From Alphaproteobacteria bacterium (GTDB lineage Bacteria > Pseudomonadota > Alphaproteobacteria > SHVV01), in contig OZ253470.1 in the NCBI GenBank assembly GCA_965261735.1, forward strand, positions 704,001-768,000: 64,000 nt of DNA, given 5' to 3'. Position 1 is the first letter of the stretch; every line of letters starts with the position of its first letter. Position numbers and translations under genes: made by a program. Below, in pieces: positions 29,470-40,560 of this stretch. A model generated the notes under the pieces. The model did no database searches. It was not told the origin of the DNA and worked only from the letters and a program-made list of their open reading frames with translations.

Positions 29470-32229
29470 CTAGTGCGCCTCGTCCCAGTTGGCGCCGGTG
29501 CCGGTATCGACGGTGAGCGGGATGCTGAGGTGGGCGGCCCCCTCCATCACTCCCTTGGCGAGCGCGGCGGTGTCGGCGACCTCGTCCTCGGGCACCTCGA
29601 AGAGGAGTTCGTCGTGCACGCTGAGCAGCATGCGCGCGCCCGCGCCGGCGCGCCGCAGCGCCGGCGGCATGCGGATCATCGCCCGCTTGATGATGTCGGC
29701 GGCCGAGCCCTGAAGCGGCGCGTTGATGGCGGCGCGCTCCGAGAAGGCGCGGTGGTTGGGGTTCTTGTCGTGGATGCCGGGCAGGTGGCAGCGGCGCCCG
29801 AAGATCGTCTCGACGTAGCCGTGGCCGCGGCAGAACTCCTTGGTCGCTTCCATGTAGCCGCGGATGCCGGGGTAGCGCTGGAAGTAGGTCTCGATATAGG
29901 CCGCCGCATCGGCGCGAGGGATACCGAGCTGGCGCGCCAGGCCGAAGGCGCTGATGCCGTAGATGATGCCGAAATTGATCGCCTTGGCGGAGCGGCGCAC
30001 CGCCGCGTCCATGCCGGCGACCGGCACGCCGAACATCTCGCTCGCCGTTAGCGCGTGGATGTCGAGGCCGTCGCGGAAGGCTTGGCGCAGCGGAGCGATA
30101 TCGGCGATATGCGCGAGCAGGCGGAGCTCGATCTGCGAGTAGTCGGCGGACAGGAACACGTAGCCGGGCTCGGCCACGAAGGCGCGGCGAATCTTGCGCC
30201 CCTCCTCGGTGCGGACGGGGATGTTCTGCAGGTTGGGATCGTTGGACGCGAGGCGCCCGGTGGCCGCGCCGGCCATGTCGTAAGCGGTGTGGACGCGCCC
30301 CGTGTTCGGGTCGATCTGCTCCTGCAGGGCATCGGTATAGGTGTTCTGGAGCTTGGTGAGCTGGCGCCAGTCGAGGACGCGGGCCGGCAGGTCGTGACCC
30401 TGCTGGGCCAGGGTCTCGAGAATATCGGCGCCGGTGGCGTAGGCGCCGGTTTTGCCCTTGCGCCCGCCCGCGAGGCCCATTTCGTCGAACAGCACCTCGC
30501 CGAGCTGCTTGGGCGAGCCGACGTTGAAGGGATGACCGGCAAGCTTACATATCTCGGTTTCGAGGTGTGCCGCGCGGCCCGCGAAGTCCTCGGACAGCTC
30601 CGCCAGCTGGGCCCGATCGACCCGGATACCCGTGCTCTCCATGGCGGCCAGTACCGGGATCAGCGGCCGCTCGAGGGTTTCATAGACGCTGACGAGGCGC
30701 TCCTCGACGAGGCGCGGCTTGAGGCGCGCCTGCAGGCGCCATATGAGATCGGCGCCCTCGGCGGCGTAGGCCACGGCCGTATCGAGCGCGACCTCGGCGA
30801 ACGGGACGCGCGCCTTGCCGCTGCCGACAATCTCGGCAACCGGAGGCCGCCGGCGCCCGAGATGGTGCTCGGCGAGATCGTCGAGGCCGTAGCCGCGCGC
30901 CCGCCCGGCATCGAGGACGAAGGCGAGCAGCATCGTGTCCTCGAGCGGCGCCGCCGTGATGCCGCGGCGCGCCAGCGCCACCACCAGCTCCTTGATGTTG
31001 TGGCCGACCTTGAGCACGGAGGGGTCTTCGAGCACCGGCTTGAACAGGGCCAGGGCCTCGTCCGCGCCGATCTCGGCCGCACCGTCGTGGCCGAGCGGCA
31101 GGTAGGCCGCGCGCCCGGCCGCCGTGGCGAGCGCAATGCCGACGAGATCGGCCCGCGTCGGGTCGGGTCGATCGGTCTGCAGGGCGAGCGCCAGCGCGCC
31201 CTCGCGCACCGCTTCGGCGAGCACGCGGGCGACATAGTCGGCGCCGAGCAGCGGGCGATACTCGGCATCGGCCTCGGGCGCGAGCGCCACCGCGGGAGCG
31301 ACCGGCGCCGCGGCCACGCCCGCGGCCGCCATGCGCCGCTCGATGCGGCCGATGAGCGCCTTGAACTCCTGGGCCCGCAGGAAGGCGAGCAGGGCCTCGA
31401 GGTCGGGCTCGCGCCGGGCCAGAGTCTCGACGCCCTCGGGCAACGGCACGTCGTTCCTGAGGCGGACGAGCTCGCGGCTCATGCGCGCCTCGTCCGCGTT
31501 CTCGAGCAGCCGCTCGCGCCGCTTAGGCTGGCGTATCTCGCTAGCGCGCGCGAGCAGCGTGTCGAGATCGCCGAACGTGGTGATGAGCTCGGCCGCGGTC
31601 TTTACGCCGACCCCGGGGACGCCGGGCACGTTGTCCGTCGAATCCCCGGCCAGAGCCTGGACGTCGACTACCTTGTCGGGGTCGACGCCGAACTTCTCGC
31701 GCACCTCGGCGACGCCGATCGGGCGCACCTTCATCGGGTCGAACATCGTGATGCCGTCGTCGACGAGCTGCATCAGGTCCTTGTCGGACGAGATGATGAC
31801 GACCTCGAGCCCGGCAGCGTGCGCCTCGCGGGCGTAGGTCGCGATGACATCGTCGGCCTCGAAGCCTTTCATCTCGACGCAGGCGACGTTGAACGCCCGC
31901 GCGACCTCGCGGATCAGCGGGAACTGCGGCACCAGGTCCTCGGGCGCCGGCGGCCGGTGGGCCTTGTAATCGGGGTAGATGTCGTTGCGGAAGGTGCGCC
32001 GGCCCGCGTCCAGGATCACCCCGATGTGGCTCGCCTGGCCCGGCCCCAGCGACTCGTCGAGCAGCTTGGCCAGCATGTTGGCGAATCCGAGCACCGCACC
32101 GACGGGCGTTCCGTCGCTGCGCGACAGCGGCGGCAGGGCGTGGTAGGCGCGGAAGATGTAGCCCGAGCCATCGATCAGGAAGACGCGCCGGACCTGCTTC
32201 GCCGGGTCCGTGGTGTGCGCGACGCTCAT
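29470..32229 (-). CDS. polA: DNA polymerase I
   Basis: LIDGSGYIFRAYHA 5' nuclease, TGRLASNDPNLQNIP, ADYSQIELR, AKAINFGIIYG, VHDEL. Confidence 0.98.
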   Translation of the reverse strand: MSVAHTTDPAKQVRRVFLIDGSGYIFRAYHALPPLSRSDGTPVGAVLGFANMLAKLLDESLGPGQASHIGVILDAGRRTFRNDIYPDYKAHRPPAPEDLVPQFPLIREVARAFNVACVEMKGFEADDVIATYAREAHAAGLEVVIISSDKDLMQLVDDGITMFDPMKVRPIGVAEVREKFGVDPDKVVDVQALAGDSTDNVPGVPGVGVKTAAELITTFGDLDTLLARASEIRQPKRRERLLENADEARMSRELVRLRNDVPLPEGVETLARREPDLEALLAFLRAQEFKALIGRIERRMAAAGVAAAPVAPAVALAPEADAEYRPLLGADYVARVLAEAVREGALALALQTDRPDPTRADLVGIALATAAGRAAYLPLGHDGAAEIGADEALALFKPVLEDPSVLKVGHNIKELVVALARRGITAAPLEDTMLLAFVLDAGRARGYGLDDLAEHHLGRRRPPVAEIVGSGKARVPFAEVALDTAVAYAAEGADLIWRLQARLKPRLVEERLVSVYETLERPLIPVLAAMESTGIRVDRAQLAELSEDFAGRAAHLETEICKLAGHPFNVGSPKQLGEVLFDEMGLAGGRKGKTGAYATGADILETLAQQGHDLPARVLDWRQLTKLQNTYTDALQEQIDPNTGRVHTAYDMAGAATGRLASNDPNLQNIPVRTEEGRKIRRAFVAEPGYVFLSADYSQIELRLLAHIADIAPLRQAFRDGLDIHALTASEMFGVPVAGMDAAVRRSAKAINFGIIYGISAFGLARQLGIPRADAAAYIETYFQRYPGIRGYMEATKEFCRGHGYVETIFGRRCHLPGIHDKNPNHRAFSERAAINAPLQGSAADIIKRAMIRMPPALRRAGAGARMLLSVHDELLFEVPEDEVADTAALAKGVMEGAAHLSIPLTVDTGTGANWDEAH

Positions 32230-32284
32230 GGCCGCACTATGGCACGGCGAAAGGCTCGAGTCCCGGATGCGTGGCCGGCGCGCG

Positions 32285-32461
32285 TCAACCGCCGGCGGGC
32301 GGCCTTTGCAGCACGAAGCGGCGATCGCAATAGGGGCACTCGACCTCGCCCTTGTCGCCGAGATTGAGGTAGACGAGCGGGTGGCCGAGTGCGCCGCCGC
32401 CGTCGCAACCGACGGTGGTCTGCTCGACGATCACCGTTTCCGGCGCTTCGGGATTGGACAT
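32285..32461 (-). CDS. Zinc-finger (zf-CHCC, NDUFS6-like) small protein
   Basis: VGCDGGGALGHPLVYLNL....ECPYCDRRF. Confidence 0.88.
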   Translation of the reverse strand: MSNPEAPETVIVEQTTVGCDGGGALGHPLVYLNLGDKGEVECPYCDRRFVLQRPPAGG

Positions 32462-32565
32462 CGTGGGCCTCGCTTGGCGGCCCGCGGTTGACCGGCGGGC
32501 GCCGCGAATGATACCCATTGGCGCCACCCTTTCAACTCCCCGGTCACGGATTCTTTCGCGAGTCG

Positions 32566-33543
<978 letters not shown>

Positions 33544-33641
33544 TCCGGCCCATCCCGCGACCCCGAGCGCGCGAATCGCCGTCCCGGACAGCACGAAGTT
33601 GCTGGACCTCCGAAGGGCGAATCCCCTCTCTTGGCGAGAGG

Positions 33642-33749
33642 TCCCCCTCCCCCTACCCCCTCCCACCAGGGGAGGGGGGTTATGGCGCGATGTCGGTTTC
33701 CCAACCCTCCCCCTTGATGGGGGAGGGTTGGGTGGGGGTGACGCGCGGA
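33642..33749. repeat. REP-like palindromic repeat cluster A
   Basis: Hairpins CCCCTCCC-ACCA-GGGGAGGGG and AACCCTCCCCC-TTGAT-GGGGGAGGGTT, ending GGGTGGGGGTGACGCGCGGA. Confidence 0.8.
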
Positions 33750-33778
33750 ACGCACAAGCCGATGCTTGCGGCGCGAGA

Positions 33779-34647
33779 CTAGTCGGCGAAGCCCCAGGCG
33801 TCGCCGGCGCGCTCGATGGTGCCCACCGTCGGCGTCGCGAAATGGGCCGGCAGGACGCGGGTGCCGGTCTCGGCGTAGCGGTCGAGAAACGCGCGCCGGG
33901 TGCTGCGCGCCTCCTCGGCGTCGATGCAGAAGCCGCTGTTCCAATCGGGCTCGGCGTACTGCACCGGGTGGTGGACGACGTCGCCGCTGATCACCGCGGC
34001 AGCCCCGCGCGAGGCCACGCGGATGCACACGTGGCCGGGCGTGTGGCCCGGCGTCGGCTCGAGCCACAGCGTATCGTCCATGGCGTAATCGGTGTCGATC
34101 ATGACGGCCTGGCCCGCCTCGACGACGGGCAGCACGCTGTCGGCGAAGCCGCCGAGGTCGGCTTCGGGGCGCTCGCGCGCCTCGATGCGCGCATGGTCGA
34201 ATTCGGTGCGCGCGATCAGGTACTTGGCGTTGGGAAACGTCGGCACCCAGCGGCCCTCGACGAGGCGGGTGTTCCAGCCCACGTGATCGACGTGCAGGTG
34301 GGTACAGAGCACGAAGTCGACCTCCTCGGGCGCCGCGCCTCCGGCCGCGAGCTGGGCGAGCCAGTCGGTCTTGCGCATGTGGACGTTGGGGTGGCCCTCG
34401 CGGCTCTTGTCGTTGCCGATGCAGGTATCGACGATGACAGTGTGGTGCGGGGTTTTGACGAGGAACCCCTGCGCGCTCGCGACCAGGCGCTCGGCAGCGA
34501 GGTCGTAGAAGCGCGGCGCGAGGTGGCCGCGATGCGGCGCCATGGCCTCCGGCACCGCATCGGGGGACAGGAAGGCCGGGTCGTAGATCGGCCCTCGATA
34601 TCGACGAGCCGGGCGATCGAAATATCGCCGATGGTGATGGTTTTCAT
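33779..34647 (-). pseudogene. MBL-fold metallo-hydrolase, frameshifted near 34592
   Basis: CTHLHVDHVGWN, TPGHTPGH, GDVVHHP, PAHF; adding one G joins MKTITIGDI..IEG to PIYDPAFL. Confidence 0.85.
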
Positions 34648-34770
34648 CGCAGCCCCTCCTCAGTGTCGCCGCCGCGCCGCGCCGGAGCGACGCCGCACGG
34701 GCGGGCGCGGCCGTGCCGCCGTCAACCGCCGGGCGTCCTGGTCGGCGTCAGCACGCTCGCCAGCGCCTCA

Positions 34771-35163
34771 TCAATCACCCGGCACTTTCGGCGACGATAA
34801 AACGCTCGCCAGCGCCTCCTTGGCATCGTCCGCGCCCACGTTCTCGGCGACGAGCGCCAGGCCCCGCCGCGCCATGGAGCGCCGCAGCCAGGCGTTGCCG
34901 GTAAACCCGAGCCAGGCCTGGATGATCAGGGTCGGCGCGATAAAGGCGAGGCCGTAGCCGTCCGTTCCGAGCTTCATCGGTTCGCCCACGACCCAAACCA
35001 CCAGGGCGAGCGCGAGATAGGCGCCGCACAGCGCCGCCCCAAGCCCATAGAGCCGGTGCGCGAACGCCCACGCGAAGGAGAGAAGGACACCCGGCAGGCA
35101 GAAACCCGTCGGAACCGCCGCAACCTCTTCGGCCTCACTCCTGTAAACGCTGAAATACCTCAA
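34771..35163 (-). CDS. DUF2628-like membrane protein
   Basis: VPTGFC..W...HRL, GFTGNAWLRRSMARRG. Confidence 0.7.
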   Translation of the reverse strand: MRYFSVYRSEAEEVAAVPTGFCLPGVLLSFAWAFAHRLYGLGAALCGAYLALALVVWVVGEPMKLGTDGYGLAFIAPTLIIQAWLGFTGNAWLRRSMARRGLALVAENVGADDAKEALASVLSSPKVPGD

Positions 35164-35221
35164 CTCGACCCGCCCGCCTCGATGACACCCGACGGTCGAG
35201 GCTAGCACATGCTCGCGCAAG

Positions 35222-35363
35222 TCCGCGCGTCACCCCCACCCTGCCCTCCCCCATCAAGGGGGAAGGTCAAGAACTGGCCACTGCGCCATGGTACCCCCTC
35301 CCTTGATGGGAGGGAGCGTCGTAAGTCCCCCTCCCCTAGTGGGAGGGGGCAGGGGGAGGGGGA
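35222..35363. repeat. REP-like palindromic repeat cluster B (inverted copy of cluster A plus one extra hairpin)
   Basis: Begins TCCGCGCGTCACCCCCACCC, the reverse complement of the end of cluster A; three C/G-rich hairpins. Confidence 0.8.
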
Positions 35364-35439
35364 CGGACAAAGAGGAGGAGAAGGCCCCGGGTGGCGCGTT
35401 TGCGCCCGCCTCACCCCTTCGCGTAGAGTGACGTCGGAG

Positions 35440-35516
35440 GCGCCCGTAGCTCAGTTGGATAGAGCGCTGGCCTCCGAAGCCAGAGGTCGTGAGTTCGAAT
35501 CTCGCCGGGCGCGCCA
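35440..35516 (+). tRNA. tRNA-Arg(CCG)
   Basis: GCGCCCG acceptor stem, D-arm GCTCAGTTGGATAGAGC, anticodon arm CTGGC-CTCCGAA-GCCAG, T-loop GTTCGAATC, encoded CCA; 77 nt. Confidence 0.97.
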
Positions 35517-35580
35517 ATTTCCCACGCACTTGGGCTCCAATCCGTTTCGTGCCAGTAGCCACAAATCAGAGCGCACGGCC

Positions 35581-37281
35581 ATGACGGAGATTGAGTCGAC
35601 AAGCGAAGCCGTGCCCGAGGGCGCGCGCGACTTTGTCCGGGCGCTGATCAGCGCCGATCCGCGCAGCGCCCGCGGGGAGGTGGTGACGCGGTTTCCGCCG
35701 GAGCCTAATGGGTATCTCCATATCGGGCACGCGAAGTCGATCTGCCTCAATTTCGGGATCGCGGACGAGTTCGGGGGGCGCTGCTATTTGCGCTTCGACG
35801 ACACCAATCCGACCAAGGAGGAGCAGGAGTACATCGAGGCGATCGAGCGTGACGTGCGCTGGCTCGGCTTCGACTGGGGCGCGCGGGCGACGTTTGCGTC
35901 GGACTATTTCGAGCAACTCTACGAATGGGCGGAGCACCTGATCCGCGCGGGCAAAGCGTATGTCGACGACCTCTCGGCGGACGAGGTGCGAGACATGCGC
36001 GGCACGCTCACCGAGCCCGGGCGCGACAGCCCGTACCGCGAGCGCTCCGTGGACGAGAACCTGGATCTCTTCCGGCGCATGCGTGCGGGCGAGTTCGCGG
36101 ACGGCGGGCGCACCTTGCGGGCGCGGATCGATATGGCGGCGGGCAACATCAATTTGCGCGACCCCACGCTCTACCGCATCCTGCATACGCCGCATCCGCG
36201 CACGCACGACGACTGGTGCATCTACCCGACCTACGATTTCGCGCACGGCCAGTGCGACGCCATCGAGGGCATCACCCACTCGCTGTGCACGCTCGAGTTC
36301 GAGGACCACCGCCCGCTCTATGATTGGCTGATCGAGAACCTGCCGGTGCCGAACCGGCCGCGCCAGTACGAGTTCGCGCGGCTCGTGCTGACGCACACGG
36401 TGCTTTCGAAGCGCAAGCTCACCCGGCTCGTCGCCGAGGGGCACGTTGCCGGCTGGGACGATCCGCGCCTGCCGACGCTCGCAGGGCTCGCGCGGCGCGG
36501 CGTGCCGGCGGCTGCGATCCGCGACTTCGTGGGCCGCATCGGCGTGACCCGGGCCGCGGCGGTGGTCGAGGCCGCACTACTCGAGCATTGCACGCGCGAG
36601 CTCCTGAACAAATCCGCGCCCCGGCGCATGGCGGTGCTGCGCCCGCTCAAGGTGGTCATCGAGAACTACGACGACGCGCACGAGGAGCTCGAAGCGGTCA
36701 ACAACCCCGAGGACGAGTCCGCGGGCACACGCAGCGTCCCGTTCTCGCGCGAGCTCTACATCGAGCGCGAGGACTTCATGGAGGAGCCGCGAGCCAAGTT
36801 CTTCCGCTTATCGCCGGGGCGCGAGGTGCGCCTGCGCTACGCCTACTTCATCACCTGCCGCGAGGCGGTCAAGGACGCGGCCGGCGAGGTCGTGGGTCTG
36901 CGCTGCACTTACGATCCGGCGAGCCGCGGCGGGCGCTCACCCGACGGGCGCAAGGTCAAGGCGACGCTGCACTGGGTGTCGGCGGCGCACGCGGTTCCGG
37001 CCGAGGTCCGGCTCTATGAGCCCCTGTTCGCGTGCGCCGATCCCGGCGCGGAAGGCGACCTCATCGACGACCTCAACCCGGAGTCGCTCACCGTGCTCGA
37101 TGGTTGCATGCTCGAGCCGGGGCTCGCCGGGGCGAACGCCTCGGAGACGCTCCAGTTCGAGCGCCTCGGCTATTTCCGCGCCGATCCCGATTCGACGCCG
37201 GCTCGGCCTGTCTTCAACCGCACGGTATCCTTGCGCGATAGTTGGGCCAGGGTCCAGGCCAAGGGCGACGCCAAGACTTAG
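35581..37281 (+). CDS. glnS: Glutamine--tRNA ligase
   Basis: [59 protein letters not shown]. Confidence 0.96.
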   Translation: MTEIESTSEAVPEGARDFVRALISADPRSARGEVVTRFPPEPNGYLHIGHAKSICLNFGIADEFGGRCYLRFDDTNPTKEEQEYIEAIERDVRWLGFDWGARATFASDYFEQLYEWAEHLIRAGKAYVDDLSADEVRDMRGTLTEPGRDSPYRERSVDENLDLFRRMRAGEFADGGRTLRARIDMAAGNINLRDPTLYRILHTPHPRTHDDWCIYPTYDFAHGQCDAIEGITHSLCTLEFEDHRPLYDWLIENLPVPNRPRQYEFARLVLTHTVLSKRKLTRLVAEGHVAGWDDPRLPTLAGLARRGVPAAAIRDFVGRIGVTRAAAVVEAALLEHCTRELLNKSAPRRMAVLRPLKVVIENYDDAHEELEAVNNPEDESAGTRSVPFSRELYIEREDFMEEPRAKFFRLSPGREVRLRYAYFITCREAVKDAAGEVVGLRCTYDPASRGGRSPDGRKVKATLHWVSAAHAVPAEVRLYEPLFACADPGAEGDLIDDLNPESLTVLDGCMLEPGLAGANASETLQFERLGYFRADPDSTPARPVFNRTVSLRDSWARVQAKGDAKT

Positions 37282-37293
37282 CGTGCGCGGCCC

Positions 37294-38090
37294 TCAGGCG
37301 GGCCGGCGCGCCGTCGTGACGATGGCCTGAAGGGGCGTGCGCAGCGGCGCATCGCCGAGCGCCTGCGTGAGCGCTTGCGCCACCGCATCGACGACCTCCT
37401 CGACCGGGACCGTCGCGCGCTCGCGGATCTCGTGGATGATGGGGCTGCCCTCGACGAAGCCGATCGCGGCGTGCCGCGCCGAGGGGCGTTCGGCCACCGT
37501 GGCGACCTCGCTGAGCTCGATCTCGTCGAAGCCCGCCTCGCCCAGCAGGGCCTCGATCGCACCCCGGTCGTGGTAGCTGAAGGGGAGGAGCAGGAACGTC
37601 GGCGGATCCTCGGAGAAGAAGCTCGTGATCGCCTCGTGGGCGATGCCGACCACCGGGTTTTCCGCGTGCGAGCGCCAGACGTTGAAGGCGAGCAGCCCGC
37701 CGGGCTTGAGCACGCGCAAGGCCTCGCGCATGCCGGCCGGCTTGTCGGGCAGGAACATCAGCCCGAACTGGCAGACGAGCGCATCGAAGCTCGAATCCTC
37801 GAAGGGCAGATCGGCAGCATCGGCCCGAGATCGCCGTTTTTCGCGCCCGCGAATTCGAGCATGGCCTCGTTGAGGTCGGTGGCCACGATCTCGACGCCGC
37901 CGGGCAGGGCAGCGCGCAGGGCACGCGTGGAAATGCCGGTGCCGCAGGACGTATCGAGGACCCGGCCGCCATCGGCGACCGCAACGCGGTTCGCGAGGTC
38001 AGCGGCGTAATACTCGAACAGCAGCGGCCCGAGATGGGCGTCGTACTTCTCGGGGATCGAGCCGACGAATTGCGCGTGCGTACTACTCAT
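37294..38090 (-). pseudogene. Class I SAM-dependent methyltransferase (UbiE-like), frameshifted near 37825
   Basis: VLDTSCGTG and TDLNEAML in one frame; ADAADLPFEDSSFD..CQFGLMF in another; the linker between them looks deleted. Confidence 0.85.
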
Positions 38091-40560
38091 GATCTGAATT
38101 CCTCCCTGCCGGTCGGGGCTGCCGCCAGTCTAACCCCATTCCGATTTGGCGCAGGATAGCCGGGTTGGCAACCGGCCCGGCCTCGGTTGCCGCGCCCCGG
38201 AAACCGCAATAAGCTTGCGCCATGGCCGATCGCGCGCCGCCATCGATCGGGCCGAGGACACCACGGGGACAGCCGTATGAAGTGCACCGGCTGCGGCTTT
38301 GATGCGCCGCCCGACTTCGCCTTCTGCCCCAAGTGCGGGGCGAAGTTGGCGAGCCTGTGCCCGGGCTGCGGCTTTGCCGCCGCGCCCGACTTCGCCTTCT
38401 GCCCGAAATGCGGCACGGGGCTCGGCACCGCGCCAGGCGCGCCTGCCGCGCCCGCACCGGCCGTCGTCGCCGAGGCGCGGCCGCCGCCCGGGCGGGCGGC
38501 GCGCGGCGCGCCGGCTGAGGAGTCCGACCGGCGCACGGTGACCGTTCTGTTCGCCGATCTGTGCGGCTTCACGGGCTTGAGCGAACGCCTCGATCCCGAG
38601 GAAATCCGCGCCCTGCAGGACGACATGTTCGCCGAGCTCACGGTCGCGGTCGAACGCTTCGATGGCTTCGTCGACAAGTTCGTCGGCGATGCGCTGCTCG
38701 CCCTGTTCGGCGCCCCCATCGCCCACGAGGACGACCCCGAGCGCGCCCTCGGCGCCGCGCTTGCCATGGGCGAGTGCATCGCCGCGGTGAGCGAGCGCTG
38801 GCAGCGCCGCCTCGGCGAACCGCTGGCGCTCCATATCGGCATCAACACGGGCCCGGTCGTTGCCGGCGGCCAGGGCGCGAGCGGCGCCAGCGCCTATTCG
38901 GTCACCGGCGATACGGTGAACACCGCCTCCAGGCTGCAAACGACGGCCGAGCCCGGAGACATCCTGGTCGGCCCGGTGACCCACCGGCTGACCCGCCACG
39001 CCTTCGCCTTCGACGCGTTCGGGGAGCTCACGCTGAAGGGTCGAGCGCGGCCGCTGGCCGCCCATCGGCTGCTCGGCGCCCTCGATACGGCGAGACCGGC
39101 GCGCGGGCTCGAGCCGCTCGGCCTCGAGGCACCGCTCGTCGGCCGCGAGGACGAGCTCGGCCAAATGATGGCCGCGTTCGAGCGCACGCTCGGTGGCCAG
39201 GCCCAGGTCGTGCGCCTGATCGGCGAGGCCGGCGCGGGCAAGTCGCGGCTGCTCACCGAGTTCCTGGCGCGGCTCGAGGCCGAGGGCCGGCTCGAGGGCG
39301 TGGCAGTGCGCCGGGTTCAGTGCTCCTCTCTCGGCGAGCAGCCTTACGGGGTGCTGGCGAGCGCCGTGCGCGACGCCTACGGCGTGGCGCCGGACGACCC
39401 CCTCGTGGTGGCCCAGCACAAGCTCATCTCGGGCCTCAAGGGCATTGGCGCCGACGAGGAAGACATCGCGCGCATCGCGCCGAGCCTGGGCTATCTGCTC
39501 GGCATCGACTCGGGCGATCTCGGCCTCGAGCACCTCGACCCCGAGCAGCTCAAGCGCCAAATCGCCCTTGCCCTGCGCACGATGGTCGAGCGCCGGCTTC
39601 AGGTCGGGCCTCTCGTGTGGGCCGTCGAGGACCTGCACTGGGCCGATGCGGCGTCAATCGAGGCCATGCGATTCCTGGTCGAGCGGGTCCCGGATCGGGC
39701 GTTCATGCTGATCGTAGTCCAGCGCCCGGACTTCGATGCGGGGGCGCTCGCGACCCAGCGCGCCACCCAGACCGCCATGCGCCTCGCGCGCCTCACCGAG
39801 GACGAGAGCGAGGCGCTGCTCAGCGCCCTGCTCGGCGTCCCGGCCGCGCGCCTGCCGCCGCACCTGCGCGAACTCATCGTCGCACGCACCGGCGGCAACC
39901 CATTCTATATCGAAGAGATCGTGCGCGGCCTCATCGAGACCGGCGCGCTGGTGCGCGATGGCGCCGGCTGGACCTGTCCCCCCGATACCCAGGCAGCCGA
40001 CATACCGCTCAACATTCAGGGTCTGCTGCTCGCCCGCCTCGACCGTATGCCGCGCGCCGCCCGCCAGCTCGCCCAGAACGCGGCCATCCTCGGCTCGACG
40101 TTCGATGCTGGTATGCTGCGCCGCATCGCCGGCGGGGGGGCGGCCGTCGATGACGGCCTCGACCTGCTGTGCGACGCCGAAATGCTCGAGGAAGTCCCGC
40201 GTGCGGCGGGCGGCGACGAGCAGCTCTTCCGATTCACGCAGACGCTGGTGCAGGAGGTGGTCTATCAGAACCTGCGGCGCAACGAGCTCCACGGCGAGGT
40301 CGGGCGGGTGCTCGAAGAGCTGTACGGCGGCAAGCCCGAGCGCCTCGAGGAGGTCGAGGCGCTGGGCCACCACTTCAGTCTGAGCGAGGATCGCCCCAAG
40401 GGCGCACGCTACATGGTCGCAGCGGGCGACTGGGCGCGCCGCATCTACGCCAACGACGACGCCATGCGCCACTACGAGCGAGCGCTGGCCACTCTCGAGG
40501 ATTGCGGCACCGGCGGCGAGGAGAGGCTCAACGTGTGCGAGCGGCTCGCCGACCTGCTAG

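Noticed and set aside
30055-32367. Long antisense ORFs (770 aa opposite polA; also 22441-23976, 40169-42211, 49283-50611)
   Set aside because: Typical stop-poor shadow frames of high-GC coding DNA with no recognisable domains.
33600-35400. CRISPR array
   Set aside because: The repeats are palindromic, degenerate and inverted, with no regular repeat-spacer period and no cas genes in the window.
35209-35580. 124-aa N-terminal extension of GlnRS in the ORF track
   Set aside because: It runs through the palindromic repeat and the tRNA gene; the real start is most likely ATG 35581.
38285-38415. Tandem ~55-bp DNA repeat GGCTGCGGCTTTG...GACTTCGCCTTCTGCCC
   Set aside because: It encodes the two halves of the double zinc-ribbon domain; a protein-level repeat.
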